NCBI GenBank assembly: GCA_035289485.1 | Contig: DATDXA010000012.1 | Coordinates: 1-10,966, forward strand | Origin: an archaeon | GTDB lineage: Archaea > Iainarchaeota > Iainarchaeia > Iainarchaeales > Iainarchaeaceae | Reading direction: 5' to 3' | Length of the DNA: 10,966 bases | Shown: in pieces, positions 1 to 7,158 of the stretch | How the letters are laid out: each line of letters opens with the position of its first letter | How positions within the stretch are numbered: the first letter of the stretch is position 1 | Notes under the pieces: model-generated | The model's database searches: none | What the model saw: the letters and a program-made list of their open reading frames with translations, nothing else | Told to the model about the DNA's origin: nothing | Program-made: the position numbers and the translations under genes

Positions 1-815
1 TGCGTAAGCCCGCCATGAATTGCCATTGCATCAATGCCATTCTTCTTTAGGTTTTTTGCAACGACATCAACTTCGCGCCTAGTCCTACAGAAAACCATTG
101 AAAGCCCGACCGTATTTTTCTTGAGCAAATGAACAAGCACCGAGAATTTTTCTGCGGGAGCGACATCGTAATATGACTGGTCAAGATGTGACGGGTCTAC
201 TTGCGCCTCCCCTTTAACGCTCACCGGAGAATTCATATGGCTTGAAATAATTTTGTCAACATCTTTTGTGTAGGTGGCGCTAAAAAGAAGCGTCTGCCTC
301 TGCTTTGGCACCGCCTTGATTATGCTTTCAACATCATCGTAAAATCCCATGTCGCACATACGATCGGTTTCATCCAGAACGAAGAATTTTACCTTATCAA
401 AGAAAATTGTTTTGGACCTCATATGGTCAAGAATTCGCCCAGGTGTTCCGACAACAATGTCGGCTTTTCTTATTTCATATACCTGAGGGCCTATTCCAAC
501 GCCGCCATAAACCGCGGCAACCTTTGCCTTTGTGTATTTTGCAAAAGTTGAAAGTGAATCCGCGACCTGAACGCATAATTCGCGTGTCGGGGTAAGTATA
601 AGCGCCTGAACTCCCGCGCCCGCGGTTATTTTTTCAAGTATAGGAAGGCCAAATGCCGCTGTTTTTCCAGAGCCGGTGCTTGATTGGCCAAGCACATCCT
701 TGCCTTTTTGTATGTGCGGGATGCAGCCAAGCTGTATGGGAGTAAAATCCGTATAGCCCATTTCTGTTATCGCCTTTACAAGGCGCTCGTCTAGGGTAAG
801 TCCTTCCAATTTCAT
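1..815 (-). CDS. DEAD-box ATP-dependent RNA helicase (CshA/DeaD-like), N-terminal part; runs off the left edge of the window
   Basis: Manual translation from ATG at 815: MKLEGLTLDERLVKAITEMGYTDFTPIQ (Q motif), STGSGKT (motif I), PTREL (Ia), YGG, TPGR (Ib), VLDETDRMCDMGF (II), FSAT (III), MVFCRTR (IV), IHGGL. GAGTGA SD-like site upstream. Not in the ORF track because there is no stop in the window. Confidence 0.95.
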   Translation of the reverse strand, partial: MKLEGLTLDERLVKAITEMGYTDFTPIQLGCIPHIQKGKDVLGQSSTGSGKTAAFGLPILEKITAGAGVQALILTPTRELCVQVADSLSTFAKYTKAKVAAVYGGVGIGPQVYEIRKADIVVGTPGRILDHMRSKTIFFDKVKFFVLDETDRMCDMGFYDDVESIIKAVPKQRQTLLFSATYTKDVDKIISSHMNSPVSVKGEAQVDPSHLDQSYYDVAPAEKFSVLVHLLKKNTVGLSMVFCRTRREVDVVAKNLKKNGIDAMAIHGGLT

Positions 816-857
816 CTAAAAAGTCACTCTTTGAATACATTTATACCCCTCAGATGG

Positions 858-865
858 TTTATAAA
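858..865. promoter_or_regulatory. Candidate TATA box (TTTATAAA) in the helicase/SDR divergent spacer, most likely serving the helicase
   Basis: Palindromic archaeal TATA-like octamer about 43 nt upstream of the helicase ATG. Confidence 0.5.
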
Positions 866-970
866 CACGTGCAGAAAACGGCTCTCTGAAGGGAGATTTG
901 GGCTTTTTAGGCAATTTACGGGCATGCCGCACGCGAAAACCAATAAAACCCCTTTTGCACCATTACAATC

Positions 971-1774
971 ATGGATTTTAGCGGAAAAATCGTGGTTATC
1001 ACAGGAGCGAGCTCTGGAATTGGAAAAGAAACAGCATTCGCATTTGCCGCTCGCGGAGCCGAACTAATTCTGATAGGAAGGGACGTTGAAAGGCTCCAGG
1101 AAGTTCAAACGGAAGTAATGAAGGCGGGAGCGAAAACCGCGGTTTTTGTAAAATGCGATGTGAGCAATTATGGGCAGGTTCAAAAAACCTGCGAAGCGAT
1201 TAAAGAAAAATTTGTCAAGATTGATGTGCTTGTGAATAATGCAGGATTTGGAATTTATCGCGCCTTTGCAGAGCAGGAAATTGAGGAGCTTGAACGGCTC
1301 ATGAAAACTAATTATTTTGGCACCGCATATTTTACAAAAGAGCTGCTTGCGGCAATCCCCTCAGGCGGGCACATTGTAAATGTGAGCTCGATGGCTGGAA
1401 AACTCTCTTTTCCCAATTATTCCGCGTACTGCGCAAGCAAATTCGCTGTGGCGGCTTTCACCGAGAGCATCTATCACGAGCTGCTTGGAAAAGGAATCGG
1501 GGTGCATCTAATATGCCCAATTGGAACAAAAACGCACTTCTTTGACAATGAATCATTCGATAACCACCCACACCGCCTGCACTATGACAGGATGATGGAG
1601 CCTTCGGAAATCGCGCGGCTTATTCTTGAAGCTATTGAAAAAAATAAAATCGAGGTTGTGCCAACGCTGCGCGAAAAGCTCGCGGTGATTCTAAAGGCAG
1701 TGGCGCCTTCAATTTATCACAAAATTATGCAGACAAGGTATGTGAAAAGGCAGATTGAGAAGCGCGCAGGATAA
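971..1774 (+). CDS. Classical short-chain dehydrogenase/reductase (SDR)
   Basis: TGASSGIG Rossmann motif, NNAG, catalytic S (VSS) and YCASK (YxxxK). Confidence 0.95.
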   Translation: MDFSGKIVVITGASSGIGKETAFAFAARGAELILIGRDVERLQEVQTEVMKAGAKTAVFVKCDVSNYGQVQKTCEAIKEKFVKIDVLVNNAGFGIYRAFAEQEIEELERLMKTNYFGTAYFTKELLAAIPSGGHIVNVSSMAGKLSFPNYSAYCASKFAVAAFTESIYHELLGKGIGVHLICPIGTKTHFFDNESFDNHPHRLHYDRMMEPSEIARLILEAIEKNKIEVVPTLREKLAVILKAVAPSIYHKIMQTRYVKRQIEKRAG

Positions 1775-1794
1775 GCCCTTGGTTTGCCAGCGCA

Positions 1795-2310
1795 TTACCT
1801 ATATGAAGCCCATGCCCTGCTCTTCTGAATGCAAAGATGTGTTAGTTGCTCTTCTGCCGCCTTGCGGATTTCGCGCAGCGCGGATTCATCGGTTATTTCC
1901 CCGCGCGTTTTCTTGCTAAGAAACCTGTGCAATCCATTTTCACCCTTTACAAAAAATATTTCATTTTGCGCCTGCAAAGAGCCCGAGAGGATTTCTTTTA
2001 TTGTTTTGCGCCCCGCGCGGATGCGCGAGATTGCTTTTCTTGAATGGAGCGAGTATGCGCGCGCTGGGTTTTGCGTGAAATATTTTATCGGCTTGTTTCC
2101 GCTTTTTCTCACAAGGCCTGCTGCAATAAGTTCACGGAGCAGGCCATAAACCGTTGCCCTTGAAAATCCGGAATTCGAAATAAGTTCGGAACCGCCCCTA
2201 GGCTCGGCTTTCCAGAGAAGCGCATAGAGCTTCAAATGATTTATTGAAAAGTCTGGGAAAATGTGCCGGTAGAATTGCCAGAGAAGTTCTATTTCAGAAT
2301 CCGTGCCCAT
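1795..2310 (-). CDS. TrmB-like winged-HTH transcriptional regulator
   Basis: LKLYALL...SELISNSGFSRATVYGLLRELIAAGLV...KPIKYFTQNP matches the TrmB N-terminal HTH pattern; the C-terminal part is short, with no full sugar-binding domain. Confidence 0.8.
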   Translation of the reverse strand: MGTDSEIELLWQFYRHIFPDFSINHLKLYALLWKAEPRGGSELISNSGFSRATVYGLLRELIAAGLVRKSGNKPIKYFTQNPARAYSLHSRKAISRIRAGRKTIKEILSGSLQAQNEIFFVKGENGLHRFLSKKTRGEITDESALREIRKAAEEQLTHLCIQKSRAWASYR

Positions 2311-2334
2311 CGCAAATATCCGCGCTCCCGCGGG

Positions 2335-2342
2335 TTATATAA
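2335..2342 (-). promoter_or_regulatory. TATA box for the TrmB-like gene (probably leaderless mRNA)
   Basis: TTATATAA 25 nt upstream of the ATG at 2310; no clear SD. Confidence 0.55.
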
Positions 2343-2415
2343 TTGGCGTTTAAGGGGAATCAACCGCAATGTTGATTGGAGAATTTGGATACGGGAAACG
2401 CACTAAAATTTAAGG

Positions 2416-2488
2416 CGCCGGAGGGTGGATTTGAACCACCGACCCTCTGGTTAACAGCCAGATGCTCTGCCTGCTGAGCTACCCCGGC
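2416..2488 (-). tRNA. tRNA-Asn (GTT), intronless, CCA not encoded
   Basis: Reverse complement GCCGGGGTAGCTCAGCAGGCAGAGCATCTGGCTGTTAACCAGAGGGTCGGTGGTTCAAATCCACCCTCCGGCG folds as a cloverleaf; anticodon arm TCTGG-CTGTTAA-CCAGA; T loop TTCAAAT; discriminator G followed by CCT; TTTTAAA box at 2517-2523 upstream. Confidence 0.97.
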
Positions 2489-2599
2489 CCGTAGCATTAA
2501 TTAGATTTGGAATAGCTTTAAAATACTTAAGCGGAATTTAGCCTTGGAATCGTTTAAATATGGGAAAAGAGTTGATTCTAGCGCATAAATGGTGTTTGC

Positions 2600-3592
2600 A
2601 TGGATGAAAAGGCGGAGCTTGGGATTTACACCGTAATTGTTTTCTTCACGCTTTTGGCATCGGCATTTTTGCTTAAGGCATCAGGAATCATAACAATAAA
2701 CCTAATTACTTTTTCTGATTTGGATTCTTGGCTTGCGCTGCTCTTTTCAACAAACCTTGTCCTGCTTGCACTCGTGTTCCCGATACCTCTTGCGATAATT
2801 TCTGCGCTCACGCACTTCAAGGAAAAAATGGAAGTGTTTGCGGTAGCGCTTATAGGGGCTATTCCCGCTGCGACAATTTCACTTGCGGTGTTCGGAATAA
2901 GCTTTGAGAAAATACTGCTCGCGATTTTTTTCCTCGCGGGTCTTGTTGTGCTCATTGAAGTGAGCTTCATGAAAAAAAAGGAGCTCAAAACGCTTGTAAC
3001 GTTTAGAACGGCGGCGCACTCGGCCAAAAGCGCCGGGATAATAATGGCAATCGGCCTGCTTTTCGCCGCGGGCTCTATTGCGTATGCGAATAATGATGCG
3101 AATGTGAAGATTTTCGGGGAAAAGGTAATGGAACTAACATTCAACCAAAAGCAGGGGACGCAGGATCTCACAGGCGCGCTTGCGGATTCCTTAATTGCAA
3201 ACCAGAAGCAGACGGTGGGGGCGATAATGCAAAGCGACCAGTTCACGCGGCTTACAGAGAAAACCGACCCCGATGTGCAGGCATTTGTGCTTTCAATGAA
3301 CGGCCTGCGCGACCAGATAAACAGCCCCCAGACAAGGCAGAAAGTGATTGATGAGATGCGAAAGCAGCAGGCATCGGGAAGCGGCTCACAGCCGATCACT
3401 TTTGAATTTTTGCGCCGGCAATCTCCAATGATTGGGCTGATGGCAGATTATTTGTGGCTCATAAATACTTTTGGGATTCTCTCACTTGCGATGTTTGTTC
3501 TCAATCTTTTTATCTCCAATCTCGCGGGGGCGTATGCGGCGCTGATTAGGAGGGCGATTGAGGCGACTGGATCAGGGGAAAAAGATGAATAG
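2600..3592 (+). CDS. Uncharacterised polytopic membrane protein
   Basis: About five N-terminal hydrophobic segments, a Q-rich hydrophilic helical region and a C-terminal hydrophobic segment; TTTAAATA at 2553-2560 and GGTG SD-like site at 2591-2594. Confidence 0.8.
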   Translation: MDEKAELGIYTVIVFFTLLASAFLLKASGIITINLITFSDLDSWLALLFSTNLVLLALVFPIPLAIISALTHFKEKMEVFAVALIGAIPAATISLAVFGISFEKILLAIFFLAGLVVLIEVSFMKKKELKTLVTFRTAAHSAKSAGIIMAIGLLFAAGSIAYANNDANVKIFGEKVMELTFNQKQGTQDLTGALADSLIANQKQTVGAIMQSDQFTRLTEKTDPDVQAFVLSMNGLRDQINSPQTRQKVIDEMRKQQASGSGSQPITFEFLRRQSPMIGLMADYLWLINTFGILSLAMFVLNLFISNLAGAYAALIRRAIEATGSGEKDE

Positions 3593-4244
3593 AATTCAAA
3601 AAAAACACGGAAGACTAAAAATTGCTAACGGTTTCCAAGCAGTAAAAAGAAGAATGAGAAACCCATTTTTTAAGCCACAGGAGCATTTTGATAAATTATT
3701 TGCAGATACTGTGCAAGGAAGATCGTATCAATTCCAAAAGCTTAATGAATACACTCACCCCGATGGCCATGAAGTTTTTTTGCCTCATATAGCCATGTGC
3801 GACTTGCAGAGAAGACCGCGCTTTGTTCTTGCATATGACATGTTTGGAAAAGACATATACGTTAGATATATTCAGAGAGCATCAACAACAATTCAAGAAG
3901 TTGGTTCACAAAATCGCGAGGTTGAAAGACGGCGGCAAGCGGAATTTCAAAAAACTCTCCCAGTTAGAAATCCAGAAGAGTTGCTTTTTGAAAAACTTCT
4001 CAATGATTTTCGGCCAAGACTTGGCGCGCGCGAAGATTCTTTGAAAGTTTGGCTAGTTGACCCGACAATTCGCACATGGGAGCCAATGAAAAAAGATGTG
4101 GAACGCCACTATTACACACTTAGAGGGCATTATTTTGGAAAATCACAGAGAATAAAAATGGGGATAAGCGGATTTCCAATAAAGGCATATCCGCTTAGTT
4201 TAGAAAAAGCCAGAGTCAAAAAATTCTTGGCAACAATGCCATGA
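3585..4244 (+). CDS. Hypothetical basic soluble protein (orphan)
   Basis: 219-codon ORF; ATG at 3585 overlaps the upstream gene's end by 8 nt and is preferred over the TTG at 3558; no recognised motif. Confidence 0.65.
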   Translation: MNRIQKKHGRLKIANGFQAVKRRMRNPFFKPQEHFDKLFADTVQGRSYQFQKLNEYTHPDGHEVFLPHIAMCDLQRRPRFVLAYDMFGKDIYVRYIQRASTTIQEVGSQNREVERRRQAEFQKTLPVRNPEELLFEKLLNDFRPRLGAREDSLKVWLVDPTIRTWEPMKKDVERHYYTLRGHYFGKSQRIKMGISGFPIKAYPLSLEKARVKKFLATMP

Positions 4245-4256
4245 ATTAAGAGTAAG

Positions 4257-4530
4257 CGTGGGCACGCCGCGGGTGGATTGTGCCGCAAAACCATAATGTT
4301 TTGCCCTTGTCCTTCCTTGCTTCCGTTGATCCTTAAGCATTGGATGCAAAAGTTACCGCTGCTACCTTCCGGTCCTCGCGGGGTTGGCTTAGGCAAGCAA
4401 CCTCAAGGGACAGAAGGTCATTGTTATGGAAAGGCACTATGATTAGTGACAAACCGCCCCTCAGGCTCTAGTTCCGGCTGAAGCGGATTTCCGGTAACAG
4501 GGGTCCGCTATGTCCCCAACCATGCCCACG
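4257..4530 (-). ncRNA. ffs: Signal recognition particle RNA (7S/SRP RNA)
   Basis: Terminal helix CGTGGGCATG/CGTGCCCACG; Alu domain GGGG-ACATAGCGGA-CCCC, UGUUA, CCGG-AAATCCGCTTCAG-CCGG with complementary loops AGCGGA/TCCGCT; helix 8 CCGC-GAGG-ACC-GGAA-GGT-AGCA-GCGG (SRP54 site) at 4356-4381. Confidence 0.93.
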
Positions 4531-4552
4531 AAGAATACATGTGCCGCGGAAC

Positions 4553-4560
4553 TATTTAAA
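4553..4560 (-). promoter_or_regulatory. TATA box of the SRP RNA gene
   Basis: TTTAAATA on the minus strand, 23-30 nt upstream of the predicted 5' end at 4530. Confidence 0.7.
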
Positions 4561-4583
4561 ATGCGACTAAATGGAAGCAGGAC

Positions 4584-4865
4584 TCATATTTTGTCCAGTT
4601 CTTTCAATTTTCGATTTACAAGAGTCTCATGTTCATGCAAATTTTTGCCATGGGCTTTTGCATACATTTGGTCCATTAATCTGGCGGTTCTAATCAATGA
4701 ATTAGACTCTCTCACAGTTAAATCATGAGGAAGGGATTCGAGAGCTTTAAGCAGATTGTAAGATGGTTGAGGAACGCGCGTACGAAACTCACGAGGTGGA
4801 AAATATTCTGGCGCCCCGGAAAGGAGATGTGCCCTGGTAAACTGTGGTCTCATAGGTTTTGGCAT
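4584..4865 (-). CDS. Small hypothetical protein (93 aa, MPKPMRPQF...)
   Basis: ATG at 4865 preceded by GAGTGA SD-like site 4 nt upstream (preferred over 4931); helical-looking C-terminal half; no recognised family. Confidence 0.55.
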   Translation of the reverse strand: MPKPMRPQFTRAHLLSGAPEYFPPREFRTRVPQPSYNLLKALESLPHDLTVRESNSLIRTARLMDQMYAKAHGKNLHEHETLVNRKLKELDKI

Positions 4866-5189
4866 GGAATCACTCAAATTTTCATAATAATGAAAGCGAT
4901 TGTACAATATATTCCTTTTGGAAATGGGCATGCAGGTTAGAGAGGCTCAAAACTACCAAAACATAACAAACTCATCCACATTACATAAAAGTTAATGAAA
5001 ACGCTGCCCCTAGGGGCTGAAAAAACCCTTTATAACACTCTATTTCAAATTTAGGGCATTGTTAATCAGTTATTAACATTCTTTATCAAAAATACCCCAC
5101 ATTAACGACATATACATAAGGTATTTACTCGTTTAGTGTCGTATTTTTATAAATAAGCGTTATTTAGGCTTGATACATAAAACAGAACG

Positions 5190-5197
5190 TATATAAA
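5190..5197 (+). promoter_or_regulatory. Candidate ftsZ TATA box (TATATAAA)
   Basis: TATA consensus with purine-rich upstream flank about 85 nt before the start; a second candidate TTTATAAA lies at 5146-5153. Confidence 0.45.
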
Positions 5198-5280
5198 GGA
5201 GTTCAGCCGCAATAGTAGAAGAATATTTGAGTTTAGCCAATTAGACTAAGGTCTCAAGTGAATAGAAGGGGTGAACATTG

Positions 5281-6342
5281 ATGAAATCTATCATTGAGAA
5301 TGCAGTAACAACAACATCAACGGACAGAAAAGAGGAAAAAATGGAGGAGTTCGGAACTCCAAAAATAATGGTCGTGGGAGCCGGCGGAGCAGGATGCAAC
5401 GCAGTAAACAGGCTTGCGAACATGAACATAGCAGGAGCGCAGCTAGTTGCGGTCAATACCGACAAGCAGCACCTTGCAATAATTAATGATGAGATAACCA
5501 AAATCCTCATAGGAAAATCAGTTACACGAGGGCTTGGAGCCGGCGGGTACCCCGAAATTGGGGCAAAGGCAGCGGAAGTTAGCAGGGCAGCGCTTGAGGA
5601 AGTCCTTGATGGCGTTGATATGCTATTCATCACAACAGGAATGGGCGGCGGAACTGGAACAGGTTCAGCGCCAATAATCGCTCAAATCGCAAAAGAGCAG
5701 GGAGCAATTGTAATCGCAATGGTTACATACCCGTTCGCGCTTGAGAAGGCAAGAATGATTAAAGCAGAGGAAGGAATTGCGGCGCTGCAGCAGTGCACCG
5801 ACACCGTTGTTGTAATAGACAACAACAGGCTCGTTGAACTTGTGCCAAACCTTCCGATACAGGACGCATTCAAGGTCGCAGATGAAGTAATCGCAAGGAC
5901 AGTGCGAGGAATTACAGAAACAATCACACAGCCTTCGCTAATCAATCTGGATTATGCGGATGTGCGCGCAGTGATGACAAACAAAGGCCTCTCAGTAATT
6001 GCAGTTGGAGAGAGCAAATCCGTTAACAAGGTCGAAGAAGTGTGCGAGGACACGCTCAAAAACGCCTTGCTCGATGTTGACATCGGCGGCGCTGTGGGAG
6101 TTCTTATACACATCACTGGAGGACCTGAACTCACACTCGGTGAAGCCAATGCGATAGGCACAAAGCTCACAGAGCAGATCGATGCGAAAGCGGCGGTCAT
6201 ATGGGGAGCAAGAGTTGACCCCACATACGACAATAAGATTGAAGTAATAGCAATCTTCACAGGAGTTCACAGCCCGTACATAAAGTCAGGGCAGCAAACG
6301 AAAGCGCGCGCAAAGGACTCGGTTGGATTAGCTTACATGTAA
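5281..6342 (+). CDS. ftsZ: Cell division GTPase FtsZ, archaeal FtsZ2 clade
   Basis: GAGGAG, NTDKQHL, GLGAGG, GMGGGTGTG tubulin signature, T7 loop ITQPSLINLDYADV, VIWGAR; FGxPxI and NTDKQHL resemble haloarchaeal FtsZ2; strong SD GGGGTGA at 5268-5274 (start ATG 5281 or TTG 5278). Confidence 0.97.
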   Translation: MKSIIENAVTTTSTDRKEEKMEEFGTPKIMVVGAGGAGCNAVNRLANMNIAGAQLVAVNTDKQHLAIINDEITKILIGKSVTRGLGAGGYPEIGAKAAEVSRAALEEVLDGVDMLFITTGMGGGTGTGSAPIIAQIAKEQGAIVIAMVTYPFALEKARMIKAEEGIAALQQCTDTVVVIDNNRLVELVPNLPIQDAFKVADEVIARTVRGITETITQPSLINLDYADVRAVMTNKGLSVIAVGESKSVNKVEEVCEDTLKNALLDVDIGGAVGVLIHITGGPELTLGEANAIGTKLTEQIDAKAAVIWGARVDPTYDNKIEVIAIFTGVHSPYIKSGQQTKARAKDSVGLAYM

Positions 6343-6356
6343 ATTCCTAATAAAGT

Positions 6357-6389
6357 GCGGGGACTAATTCCCCGCCTTTTCTATTTTTT
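6357..6389 (+). terminator. Hairpin plus T-tract terminator after ftsZ
   Basis: GCGGGGA-CTAAT-TCCCCGC stem-loop (6357-6375) followed by CTTTTCTATTTTTT. Confidence 0.75.
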
Positions 6390-6426
6390 CGATTGCATTA
6401 AATAAAAGTTAAACCTACTTTTATAC

Positions 6427-7158
6427 ATGGAGAGTAACAAAGGCCCTAATCTGGTTGGAGTAATTCATTTCGGGCTGGAAGAGGCACTTGACACAATTAG
6501 AACACTTGAAAGGGCAGGATTGAAGGATGGAGATACTGTTACGGTTGAAAATACTCAATTAGATAATGATTCCGTTCTTGAAAACTTAAAAAATGGCAAA
6601 GCAAGGGATTTGCTCGAATTAGAAAATTTAGAATTAAAAAAACTTGAACACCAAATCAGAAAAACTAAGGACAGGCAAACATTTGAAAAATTGTTTAAAG
6701 AGATTGAATTGCAGAAATCTGTCATTGGGAATTTGGAATTCAATTTCCAACTTTACAGTTATTTTTCAATTAAACATATCAGGGTTGTTGGATTAGAAAG
6801 CCCCAAAATAAGAAGACTCTTAGAAAAAAAGGGACAAGAGTCTTCCAAGGACCCTAAACTAGAATATAAAACCGAGATTATAAGGATGGCTGCAAGGGAG
6901 GCAGATTGGATTAAGAAATTGAGTGGCATCAGAACTGATTTTGTTTTGGTGGGTTGTGGACACGTCAAGGGGCTGAAAAATAAATTCAAATGGAATTCAG
7001 TGACGTTTTCGTCACCCAACAGCGAAGCGTTGAGCAAAAGAATTTGGAAAGAGTATAAATGGACAGATTTGCGGTACAAAATCTATAAAGGGTGGAAGAA
7101 AACCAAACGCATAATGGGCAAAAATATTAATTTTAGAAAAAAAGCGGCAGCGCGTTGA
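6427..7158 (+). CDS. Hypothetical protein, possible divergent TraB/GumN/Tiki-EreA superfamily member
   Basis: 243-aa AT-rich ORF with LVGVIH, VTVE, RExxW and VLVGCGHV motifs in the order typical of that superfamily; family call is an inference. Confidence 0.65.
   Translation: MESNKGPNLVGVIHFGLEEALDTIRTLERAGLKDGDTVTVENTQLDNDSVLENLKNGKARDLLELENLELKKLEHQIRKTKDRQTFEKLFKEIELQKSVIGNLEFNFQLYSYFSIKHIRVVGLESPKIRRLLEKKGQESSKDPKLEYKTEIIRMAAREADWIKKLSGIRTDFVLVGCGHVKGLKNKFKWNSVTFSSPNSEALSKRIWKEYKWTDLRYKIYKGWKKTKRIMGKNINFRKKAAAR

Noticed and set aside
833..840. GAATACAT occurs upstream of both the helicase (833-840) and the SRP RNA (4533-4540)
   Set aside because: Only 8 bp, with different spacing to the TATA boxes; chance is plausible
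407..1067. Short ORFs 407-595(+), 634-840(-) and 831-1067(+)
   Set aside because: Antisense or alternative-frame shadows of the helicase and SDR genes
2416..2488. tRNA-Asn as an integration site for a mobile element
   Set aside because: No duplicated tRNA end or integrase noticed in the window; flanking genes look chromosomal
2626..3399. 257-aa minus-strand ORF
   Set aside because: Entirely antisense to the membrane protein gene, no motifs
4130..4396. 88-aa minus-strand ORF
   Set aside because: Overlaps the SRP RNA and the 3' end of the + strand orphan; explained by those features
4257..4530. RNase P RNA or CRISPR identity for the structured GC-rich segment
   Set aside because: No P4 signatures (GAGGAAAGTCC, AACAGAA) and no spaced repeats; SRP helix 8 and Alu motifs fit
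5241..6270. Several minus-strand ORFs within ftsZ
   Set aside because: Antisense shadows of a conserved gene
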